From an uncultured Gemmatimonadaceae bacterium (GTDB lineage: Bacteria; Gemmatimonadota; Gemmatimonadetes; Longimicrobiales; RSA9), in contig CAYLME010000004.1 of assembly GCA_964384585.1 (NCBI GenBank), forward strand, positions 1 to 56,313: a stretch of 56,313 bases of DNA, in the 5' to 3' direction. Positions within the stretch are counted from its first letter, which is position 1, and each line of letters starts with the position of its first letter. Shown in pieces: positions 9,481 through 19,273 of the stretch. Below the pieces are notes generated by a model that did not search any database, was not told the DNA's origin, and worked only from the letters and a program-made list of their open reading frames with translations. The position numbers and the translations under genes are program-made.

Positions 9481-10780
9481 GGGAAAGCACCTGTTGCGCG
9501 GCTGCGAGTCCACTCGCGAGTGCGCCATGCACCGTGCCGCGGGCCGCACCGCCCACACAGGCCTCGCCCGCGAAATACAGGGTGTCACCGACCGACTGCG
9601 GGATATTGCCCGCGAACTCGAGACCGCCAGTCAGTACGTAGCTGTATGCACCGCGCGCATACGGGTCCGTGTCCCAGCGCGAACGCCAGAAGCCGACGAG
9701 CAGATCGCCGAGGTGCGTGCGATCGACGCCCAGCTGCGCGGCCAGCACATCGAGCGCCACCGCGCGCAGTGCAGCATCATCCAGTGCGGAAAGCTCCGCC
9801 GCGTGCGGTCCGCCTGCCCAGCCGGTGAGAAGCGGGACGTCACGTGGATGCTGCGTCCACCACACGGGCAGACGAGCGGACGTCGTGTGGAAGAAGGATG
9901 CACTGGCAGCGCTGCGGTCGCGCTCGTCGCGCAGATCGACCCAGAACCGCTCGCGGAACTGCAGCAGTACGCGCAGCGCAGAGCCCATCGCCAGTGCTTC
10001 GCCTGTCCACGCCAGCACCGGTGGCTGCGGTTCGAAGTCGATGTCCGGCGCCGCGGCGGTGAGTACACCCAGCGGAACCGTGATCACTACGCTCGATGCG
10101 ACGTCGGTCCGCGCGTCGCCATGCGCGTTGAACGACGTGATGCGCGCATCGCCGACCCGCCAGTTGATCCGCGCGACACGCGCGTCGAAAACGAGCGCGT
10201 CCGAGGGCAGTCGCGCCGCGAGCGCATCCACGACGGCAGCATAACCGCCGCGCACGCGATACTGTTCCCCACTCGCGCCCCCCGTGCCGTTCGCCTCCGC
10301 GTCCGCAATCGCCGCAGTGCTCGCGCGCGCAGGATCGGCCGCGTGGAATCCGCGAACGTACTGCAACAGCTGCCCGCGCTCCTGCTCATTCACGTCGTCC
10401 AGCAACTCGAGCGAGTCGGCCACGCTCCGGTCGGGTGGCACGGTGCGGCCCAACCGCTCGATGATCTTCGTGATCCGCTCGAACGCGCGCTCGTCACGCG
10501 TGAGCCGGCCACCATCCGCACGCCACTGCTCACCCTCGAGCGGAATCAGTTCGATCCCTGCATCGTCCAGCAACGCGCGCAGCGCGGGCGTCAGCTCGTG
10601 CACGAATTCGGCGCCAAGCTCCAGCGGATGCGGCAGCGATGGGTCACGAATCGTGTGAATCCGCCCACCAGTCCGATTGCGCGCCTCCAGCACGCGCACG
10701 CGCACACCCGCACGCACCAGCTCACTCGTCGCAGCAAGACCGGCCACACCGGCGCCAACCACGACAACATCGGTAGTCAC
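9467..10780 (-). CDS. FAD-dependent amine oxidase family protein
   Basis: GTG start is preceded by GGGAGA. Dinucleotide fold VVVVGAGVAGLAATSELVRAGVRVRVLEARNRTGGR and C-terminal YFAGEAC..GTVHGALASG are typical of flavin amine oxidases. Confidence 0.85.
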   Translation of the reverse strand: MTTDVVVVGAGVAGLAATSELVRAGVRVRVLEARNRTGGRIHTIRDPSLPHPLELGAEFVHELTPALRALLDDAGIELIPLEGEQWRADGGRLTRDERAFERITKIIERLGRTVPPDRSVADSLELLDDVNEQERGQLLQYVRGFHAADPARASTAAIADAEANGTGGASGEQYRVRGGYAAVVDALAARLPSDALVFDARVARINWRVGDARITSFNAHGDARTDVASSVVITVPLGVLTAAAPDIDFEPQPPVLAWTGEALAMGSALRVLLQFRERFWVDLRDERDRSAASASFFHTTSARLPVWWTQHPRDVPLLTGWAGGPHAAELSALDDAALRAVALDVLAAQLGVDRTHLGDLLVGFWRSRWDTDPYARGAYSYVLTGGLEFAGNIPQSVGDTLYFAGEACVGGAARGTVHGALASGLAAAQQVLSRVAR

Positions 10781-10833
10781 GATTCTCCCAATCCTCCCTG
10801 GCTGTGCTGAGGGAGAGGCAGTGCAGGGAGTAC

Positions 10834-10886
10834 GCCGGGCCGGCGGGCCGGCGGACCGGCGGGGCCGTCCGGGCCGTCCGGGCCCC
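10834..10886. repeat. GC-rich short tandem repeat (unit about GGGCCGNC, six units)
   Basis: Sequence gccgggccg gcgggccg gcggaccg gcggggccg tccgggccg tccgggccc, in the divergent spacer between the amine oxidase and sahR-like genes. The reverse complement shares GGCCCGGACGGCCC with 41645-41676. Confidence 0.6.
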
Positions 10887-10909
10887 CACTGGCCCGCCTC
10901 ATCCCATCA

Positions 10910-10949
10910 TTTACAGCCCGCCGCATCCATCTTATCTTTCCATCCGGAT
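10910..10949 (+). promoter_or_regulatory. Candidate promoter and operator of the sahR-like/ahcY operon
   Basis: TTTACA (10910-10915), 17 nt spacer, TATCTT (10933-10938). The 8-bp palindrome ATCCGGAT (10942-10949) sits over the predicted start site, and TTATC..GATAA inverted repeats lie at 10932-10951. No SD before ATG 10958. By-eye call only. Confidence 0.3.
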
Positions 10950-10957
10950 AACCGAAT

Positions 10958-13404
<2,447 letters not shown>

Positions 13405-13407
13405 GTG

Positions 13408-13445
13408 AGGCGGGCCGGGGCCGGGGCCCGGGGCCCGGGCCGGGG
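13408..13445. repeat. G-run/C-run tract (GGGCC/GGGGCC repeats), potential G-quadruplex or hairpin former
   Basis: Sequence ggcgggccggggccggggcccggggcccgggccgggg, immediately after the ahcY stop. Six G-runs of 3-4 are separated by CC/CCC. The tract is also self-complementary (GGGCCC, CCGG). Confidence 0.6.
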
Positions 13446-13466
13446 AACGGCGCGAAACATACGCGA

Positions 13467-13495
13467 GGGGTCCGGAGGTTTCCGGGCCCCTTTGG
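13467..13495 (+). terminator. Rho-independent terminator of ahcY
   Basis: Stem ggggtccgga / tccgggcccc (10 bp, one G-U pair), loop ggtt, followed by tttgg ctttc. Confidence 0.6.
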
Positions 13496-13697
13496 CTTTC
13501 CGGCGCTCGCGTCTATTTGGCCGCAGGGAAGACTCTAGCCCTCCAGGAAATCCTCTGGCATTATAGATAGTTCTCAGTCCGCTCCTTACCAGATTCCCTG
13601 TTCCGCAGCATCAGTAGCATCCCGTCCGTGTGAGACGTGAATCGCATTGCGAGGCAGAGCGAAAACGTATTCTCCACCTTCGACAAGGGAGAGCCTC

Positions 13698-14258
13698 ATG
13701 CGTACCAGGAAAGTGAAGCTGCTACTGTCGTTCGCCGCTCTTGCCACCGTCGCATGCAGTGACTCGATCCCAGACCAGAGCCAAAGCACCGCGCACGCTC
13801 AGGCGCCGCAGAAGAACCCGGTGGGGTGTTCTCCGAATATGCAGTATCGCACGGCACGCTCTGACTCTATTGGCCCTGCGGGCGGGTCGATCCTTATCGG
13901 ACAACCGGGCACGGGAAACCGCCACAAGTACGCAATCGTGCACTTCCAGAAGGACGCGTATCCCCAGCCGGAGTGGGTGACCGTAACGCCGCATCCGGAC
14001 GAGCATGGTGTCAAGGTTTCACCTGCCCCGAACAATGACGTCCTGCTGCAGTTGAGTACGCGGGTGTGTAACGACCCGAACCCGTCAAGCGGAGAGTATG
14101 GATTCATAACGGATAATGCAGCTGATCCTGCCGTGTGGGTCATCGATGGCAACGGCCAGATCCAGTGGGCGACGGGTGTGGTGAAACACACTGAATTGCT
14201 GACTGCTTCCCAGGCGGATGATCCACTCTTTTCCGGCTTTGTCATCCTCAGCAACTAG
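13698..14258 (+). CDS. Lipoprotein, hypothetical (paralog of 15352-15852), C-terminus ...DDPLFSGFVILSN
   Basis: ATG 13698 follows AAGGGAGAG. Lipobox MRTRKVKLLLSFAALATVAC. Shares V-x-C..P, YAxVxF, PxPxxHG and CxD landmarks and an identical last octapeptide with the other lipoprotein. More A/T-ending codons than neighbours. Confidence 0.7.
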   Translation: MRTRKVKLLLSFAALATVACSDSIPDQSQSTAHAQAPQKNPVGCSPNMQYRTARSDSIGPAGGSILIGQPGTGNRHKYAIVHFQKDAYPQPEWVTVTPHPDEHGVKVSPAPNNDVLLQLSTRVCNDPNPSSGEYGFITDNAADPAVWVIDGNGQIQWATGVVKHTELLTASQADDPLFSGFVILSN

Positions 14259-14272
14259 CCCCCCGCCCCGCC

Positions 14273-14297
14273 CCGCCGCGGCCTTCGGCCGCGGCGG
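14273..14297. terminator. Bidirectional GC hairpin between convergent genes
   Basis: Stem ccgccgcggc / gccgcggcgg (10 bp), loop cttcg. It lies 15 nt after stop 14258 (+) and 12 nt after stop 14309 (-). Confidence 0.6.
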
Positions 14298-14308
14298 TTC
14301 TCGTGCGC

Positions 14309-15349
14309 TCAGACCATCGCAGCACCCGACAGTTCGGCCAGCCGGTCCTCCACGCGCCTCGCGTACCCGTATGCCCGTGCAGTCTGGAACAGGTCGCGCG
14401 ACTCGCGCAGTGCGGCGAGCGCCAGCGGCCGCCGTCCCTGTTCTGCGCGGATCATTGCCAGCTCGTCGAGCGCGTCTGCCCGCTCCAGTGTGAGCTGCTC
14501 CGCGATGGCGGCCTCGATCGCACGCAGTGCGAGTTGCTCTGCTTCATTCAGCTCGCCGCGCAGACGCGCGAGCGCGGCGCGGCGGTGAACGATGTGACAG
14601 CGCGTCCCGGGATAGCCGTTGCCCGGGATGATCGCTTCCGCCGCATCCAGTGCACGCTCGGCCTGTTCGAGTTCACCGAGGTGGAGTAGCGGCCGTGCGC
14701 GATTCGTCTGGACTGATGCGATCAGCATGCGGTCGCCGAGGTGCTCAGCCAGCTCCAGCGCGCGCTCGAGGTACAGGCTGGCTTCCATGCAGGTCTCGAG
14801 GTCGCCGCACACCATGCCGAGGTGCATGTACGCGTTGAGTGCACTCCGGGCGTCTCCCGTGCGGAGCGCGGCCGCGATGCTCTCGAGGTACATCTCGCGG
14901 GCGCCGTCGAAATCGCCCGCCATGTTCTGAATGATGCCGATGTTCTGCGCGGCCAGTGCGATCAGCTCGTCATCGCCTACGTCGCGCGCGAGCGCGAGCG
15001 CCTGCTCGTAGAGCTGTGCGGCGCCCGCGAGGTCCTGCTGTACGTGTCGTATGGTGGCCGTAGTGTTGAGCGCGCGTGCTCCGTCGCGCCAATGCCCGCA
15101 CCGATGGGCAATCTCATAACTCAGCTCGGACAGATCCTCGGCCATATCGAAGACACCCGCCTGCCGGTATGCGCGCGCCTGACCACGCAACGCGACGATC
15201 GCGTCCTGTACCGTGCGGATCTGCAACGCAGTACGGTAGATGTCAGCGTAGGCGAATGCTGCCGAGTCCCAGTCGGCGTCCCCCTCCAGCCGGGCGGCCC
15301 GATCGAACTGCGCCTGCAGTTCTGCTGCAACGGCTGAACTCGCTGCCAT
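14309..15349 (-). CDS. TPR-like helical repeat protein, 346 aa, no other recognisable domain
   Basis: Repeated about 34-40 aa helical-pair units (e.g. AAQLYEQALALARDVGDDELIALAAQNIGIIQNMAGDFDGAREMYLESIAA, ASLYLERALELAEHLGDRMLIASVQTNRARPLLHLGELEQAERALDAAEA). No signal peptide and no HTH. The ATG lies 2 nt after the stop of the upstream lipoprotein gene. Confidence 0.8.
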   Translation of the reverse strand: MAASSAVAAELQAQFDRAARLEGDADWDSAAFAYADIYRTALQIRTVQDAIVALRGQARAYRQAGVFDMAEDLSELSYEIAHRCGHWRDGARALNTTATIRHVQQDLAGAAQLYEQALALARDVGDDELIALAAQNIGIIQNMAGDFDGAREMYLESIAAALRTGDARSALNAYMHLGMVCGDLETCMEASLYLERALELAEHLGDRMLIASVQTNRARPLLHLGELEQAERALDAAEAIIPGNGYPGTRCHIVHRRAALARLRGELNEAEQLALRAIEAAIAEQLTLERADALDELAMIRAEQGRRPLALAALRESRDLFQTARAYGYARRVEDRLAELSGAAMV

Positions 15350-15351
15350 GC

Positions 15352-15852
15352 TCAGTTGCTCAGAATGACGAAGCCACTGATGAGCGGCGGAGTGGTGCGA
15401 ATGATCGCCGCGTCCCGCATGCCCCTGCTCATCTCGCCCGCATCGACACGCCGCACAGCCACGCCATTGACCACGCGTGCCGGCTGCCTGCCGCGTTCGG
15501 TCACGATGTAGTAGGGCTCATCGTCAGAACGATCGCCACAGTAATCGACAGGAAAGCCGACCGTGAACGCCGGCATGGCGTTCTGCGTGGGCAGCGTGAT
15601 CTGGATGCCGTGCAGCGCGGGATACGGACGGATCTGCACGCGTGTCGAGTCGTTGAAGGCATTCGCATCGAACTCGACCCACGCGTAGCCGGCATCGATG
15701 CGTCGGTTCGTGTCCGTGACCCAGCCCTCCACCCTGTCGCGCGGTGTGAAGCACGGTACCGGACGCTCCAGCTCCGAGACCCAGTTCCCTGCGCACGCTG
15801 ATACTGTCAGCAACGTCACCACTACCATGAGCCTGCTGCGGGGCACGCGCAT
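15352..15852 (-). CDS. Lipoprotein, hypothetical, C-terminus ...TPPLISGFVILSN
   Basis: ATG 15852 lies 5 nt after GGAGG. Lipobox MRVPRSRLMVVVTLLTVSAC. 166 aa. Lies 39 nt downstream of the kinase gene. Confidence 0.75.
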   Translation of the reverse strand: MRVPRSRLMVVVTLLTVSACAGNWVSELERPVPCFTPRDRVEGWVTDTNRRIDAGYAWVEFDANAFNDSTRVQIRPYPALHGIQITLPTQNAMPAFTVGFPVDYCGDRSDDEPYYIVTERGRQPARVVNGVAVRRVDAGEMSRGMRDAAIIRTTPPLISGFVILSN

Positions 15853-15891
15853 ACGACCTCCGATGTACGAAGATGTGTCTGAGGAGCAGTG

Positions 15892-17652
15892 TCAGGAAAC
15901 CTGGACCGCACCGCGTCGGCCTGTTGCCGGACGCGCTCCGTCATCGGAGTCAACAGCAGGTGGGGCGTCATCGCCCGGAAGGATGTCGGCAGTATCGTCG
16001 TCGTGCGCCTGTACTACCGGCGGCTCGAGCGGAAGCCGCAGCACGAAGCGTGAGCCCTTGCCCAGCTCGCTCTCGACATGCAGCGAGCCACCGAGCAGTG
16101 AGGCGAGGTTCGCACTGATGGGCAGGCCGAGGCCGGTGCCGACCGACCCCTTGATCTGCTCGAACTCGCGGAACACGCGTACCTGGTCTTCCGGCGAGAT
16201 GCCGGGGCCAGTGTCGAACACGCTCAGCTCGACATACGTCGACTCGATGTCGCACTCGAGGCCGACACGTCCCGTCTTCGTGAACTTCACGGCATTGCTG
16301 AGCAGGTTGATCAGAATCTGACGCAGTCGCCGCCCGTCCGTGATCAGCGTCAGGTCGCAACTCGCCGGCTCTCCCAGCTCGAGACCCTTCTCCTCGGCCT
16401 GCGGACGTACGCTCAGCAGCGCATCATCGAGTACCCGCTGCAGCTCCGTCGGCTGCAGGTCGATCTCCACACGGTTGGCCTGCAGCTTCGCAAAGTCCAG
16501 CAGGTCGTTCAGCAGGCCGAGCAGGTTCTCTGCAGCACGCGCGGAGTTCTCGATGAAGCGGCGCGCGCGCTCCGGCAGCTCGCCCGCGAGCCCCTCGAGC
16601 ATCAACTCGCTGTAGCCCTTGATCGCACCGACCGGTGTGCGCAGGTCGTGCGACACGGCATTATAGAACTGCTCCTTCGCGCGCGTTGCCTCGCCCAGCT
16701 GCGCGTACGCCTGTGCCAGCTCGCTCGATCTCTGCTCCACACGTTCGTGCAGGCGGGCATTGCCGATCGCGACCGCAGCGTGTGTCGCGACGCTGATGCC
16801 GAGACGGACGTCGCGCGCGGTCACCTCGTACGGTCGCCGGTAGCCGACGACGAGCGCGCCGAACGTGTCGCCGAAGAGCGTGAGGGGAACACCGAGACCC
16901 ACGATCATGCCCTGCTCGACGTGCAGAGGGAACTCACCAGGCTGCAGGCTGCTGTCCGCGCCACCGATCTCCAGCGGCTTCTCAGCTTCGACGACGCGCG
17001 CAGACAGTGCGTCCGTACCTGTGTGCTCTCCATGCAGCCCGATCGATGCGACCAGCTCGACCGCGCCGTTGCGCACCGTGCTGACCGTCGCGTAGTGCGC
17101 GCCCAGCAGTGTGCGCGCAAATCGCGCAACCAGCGCCAGCACTTCGTCCAAATCGAGAGAGCGGTTCGTTGCGAGGCCGAGCGTGTGCATTGCCTCGCTC
17201 TCCTCGGCGCGCTGCCGCAGAAGATCACACTCCGCACGCAACTTCTGCTGCGACTGTTCGCGCGCCTCCAACCGCGCCAGTGCTTCCGCCAGCCGACGCC
17301 ACGGCTCCGGATCCTCGCCGAACGCGCCGGCCTCACCGATCAGGACCGCGGTCGCCGATGCATCACCCGCACGGTACGGGATCAGCAACACATCCGTATC
17401 GGGAAACATCGAGGCGTCCGTCGGGAACTGTGAACGCAGACCGAAAACCTCGGGACGCAGCAGGTGCGCCGCGGTGTCCGTGAGTTCCGCGCTCAGTACG
17501 GTTGCAGGAGGGATCAGGATCGTCGGATCCTGCGCATCGTCGATACGCACGACGGCACGCAGCGGTGGCTGAAGCGTACGCGCAATAGCACCATACGCCG
17601 AGTGCGAATCATCGCTTTCGTGAATGCCAAGCACCGCAGCGGTTACATCCAT
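15892..17652 (-). CDS. Cytoplasmic GAF-domain sensor histidine kinase (no adjacent response regulator)
   Basis: H-box FYNAVSHDLRTPVGAIKGYSELM, N-box LINLLSNAVKFT, G-boxes FDTGPGI and GTGLGLPI. GAF-like region upstream. No TM segments. Confidence 0.9.
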   Translation of the reverse strand: MDVTAAVLGIHESDDSHSAYGAIARTLQPPLRAVVRIDDAQDPTILIPPATVLSAELTDTAAHLLRPEVFGLRSQFPTDASMFPDTDVLLIPYRAGDASATAVLIGEAGAFGEDPEPWRRLAEALARLEAREQSQQKLRAECDLLRQRAEESEAMHTLGLATNRSLDLDEVLALVARFARTLLGAHYATVSTVRNGAVELVASIGLHGEHTGTDALSARVVEAEKPLEIGGADSSLQPGEFPLHVEQGMIVGLGVPLTLFGDTFGALVVGYRRPYEVTARDVRLGISVATHAAVAIGNARLHERVEQRSSELAQAYAQLGEATRAKEQFYNAVSHDLRTPVGAIKGYSELMLEGLAGELPERARRFIENSARAAENLLGLLNDLLDFAKLQANRVEIDLQPTELQRVLDDALLSVRPQAEEKGLELGEPASCDLTLITDGRRLRQILINLLSNAVKFTKTGRVGLECDIESTYVELSVFDTGPGISPEDQVRVFREFEQIKGSVGTGLGLPISANLASLLGGSLHVESELGKGSRFVLRLPLEPPVVQAHDDDTADILPGDDAPPAVDSDDGARPATGRRGAVQVS

Positions 17653-17775
17653 TCAGGAGACCGTCCGGTGGCAGGTAGGATGGAATCTCCAAGATGTTGA
17701 CCGGTGAGCACACACGCCAGCACTTTGCGTGCGCACCGTGTCCGAATTGCCCGCGAGAACCGGGCCGCCGCGACC

Positions 17776-17784
17776 TGGTAGAAT
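17776..17784 (+). promoter_or_regulatory. Candidate extended -10 promoter element for the DUF72 gene
   Basis: TGgTAGAAT lies 48 nt upstream of ATG 17832. No convincing -35. By-eye call. Confidence 0.3.
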
Positions 17785-17831
17785 AGCGGCGCTGACTGGC
17801 AAAACACTGCAGATCGAAGGGAAGAACGCCG

Positions 17832-18533
17832 ATGCGACTGCTGACCGGGACGAGCGGCTTCGGCTACAAGGAATGGAAGGGCAGTTTCTATCCGGCAGAT
17901 CTGCCGGCAAGCAGATTCCTGTCGTACTACGCGGAGCGGTTTCCGGCGGTAGAGATCAACAACACGTTCTACCGCATGCCGGTGCCGGATCAGTTGACTG
18001 CCTGGAAGTCGGAAGTGCCGGCGGGCTTCCAGTTCATCCTGAAAGCGCCGCGACAGATCACGCACATCAAGCGGTTGAAGGAGGTCGAGCAGCCGGTTGC
18101 GCGACTGCTCGAGGTGAGCGAAGCCCTCGGCGACGCGCGCGGTCCGCTGCTGTTCCAGCTGCCACCGAACATGAAGAAGGACGTGGACCGGCTGCGTACC
18201 CTGCTCGCGCTCATGCCGCAGGACGTGCGCGTCGCAGTCGAGTTCCGCAACGACACCTGGCACGATGACGAGGTCTATGGCGCGCTGCGCGAGCACGGCT
18301 CGTCGTTCTGCATCACGCACACGGAGGAAGGCGACTCACCGTTCGCGGTGACAGCGCCATGGGGCTACCTGCGGCTGCGTGGTGTGCAGTACGAGGACGA
18401 CGAACTGAAGAAATGGATCGAGCGCATCCGGGGCACGGACTGGACCGACGTGCTGGTCTTCTTCAAGCACGAAGACGAGGCCACCGGTCCGCGTCTCGCC
18501 GCGCGTTTCCGCGAGTTGTTCGACGCTGCCTAG
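17832..18533 (+). CDS. DUF72 (YecE-like) family protein
   Basis: MRLLTGTSGFGYKEWKGSFYPADLPASRFLSYYAERFPAVEINNTFYRMP and FQLPPN.. are characteristic of DUF72. Confidence 0.9.
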   Translation: MRLLTGTSGFGYKEWKGSFYPADLPASRFLSYYAERFPAVEINNTFYRMPVPDQLTAWKSEVPAGFQFILKAPRQITHIKRLKEVEQPVARLLEVSEALGDARGPLLFQLPPNMKKDVDRLRTLLALMPQDVRVAVEFRNDTWHDDEVYGALREHGSSFCITHTEEGDSPFAVTAPWGYLRLRGVQYEDDELKKWIERIRGTDWTDVLVFFKHEDEATGPRLAARFRELFDAA

Positions 18534-18551
18534 TGGTCTGAGTCAGGAATC

Positions 18552-19244
18552 TCACGACCGGCCGACCACGTCCGTCATCCAGGCACTGACGGCATCCGCG
18601 ATCTCCTCGATCACGGCGGCATCATCGCGTCCGCTCTTCTTGCGCACGTGGAATCCGTGGTCGCCGTCCTCGACCACATGCATCGAAGCGCGTGACCCGA
18701 GCTCGGCAACGACACCGCGCATCAGCTTCAGGTCCGCCAGCGAATCGCGTGTCCCCTGGACGAACAGCATCGGCTGAGCGACGCCCTCGAGGTGCGCGGC
18801 CCTTTCCGTACCGGGTGGCTTGCCGACTCCGTGCAACGGAAATCCCAGGAACACCACACCCCGCACCCGCCCGTCGGCCGACGCGGCCAGCGCCTGCGAC
18901 GTCATCCGCCCACCCATCGACTTCCCGCCCGCGAAAACCGGCAGTCCGTCAGCCAGCCCCACGGCTGCCTCGATCGCCGCGCGCACCGTCGCCTCCAGCA
19001 CCGGCGGCCGGTCCGGCGAGCGGCGTCCCGCCTGCGTGTACGGGAAGTTGTAGCGCAGCGTCCCGATGCCGCGTTCGCCCAGTGCCCCGGCGATGGCCTG
19101 CATGAATGCATGCCGCATGGGCGCACCGGCACCATGGGCGAGCACGTACAGCGCCTGCGCATCTGCGGGCAGCATCAGCACCGAGTCGACCGCACCGCTG
19201 CCCGGCACGTCGATGACTGGTTCGGTCGTTGTGATCGAGGCCAT
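18552..19244 (-). CDS. Alpha/beta hydrolase (dienelactone-hydrolase/KANL3-like)
   Basis: ATG 19244 lies 6 nt after GGAGG. Nucleophile elbow GGKSMGGRM and late DGDHGF. Lies 29 nt downstream of the ligD stop on the same strand. Confidence 0.8.
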   Translation of the reverse strand: MASITTTEPVIDVPGSGAVDSVLMLPADAQALYVLAHGAGAPMRHAFMQAIAGALGERGIGTLRYNFPYTQAGRRSPDRPPVLEATVRAAIEAAVGLADGLPVFAGGKSMGGRMTSQALAASADGRVRGVVFLGFPLHGVGKPPGTERAAHLEGVAQPMLFVQGTRDSLADLKLMRGVVAELGSRASMHVVEDGDHGFHVRKKSGRDDAAVIEEIADAVSAWMTDVVGRS

Positions 19245-19273
19245 CGCATTCCTCCTGGCAGGCACACGCCATT

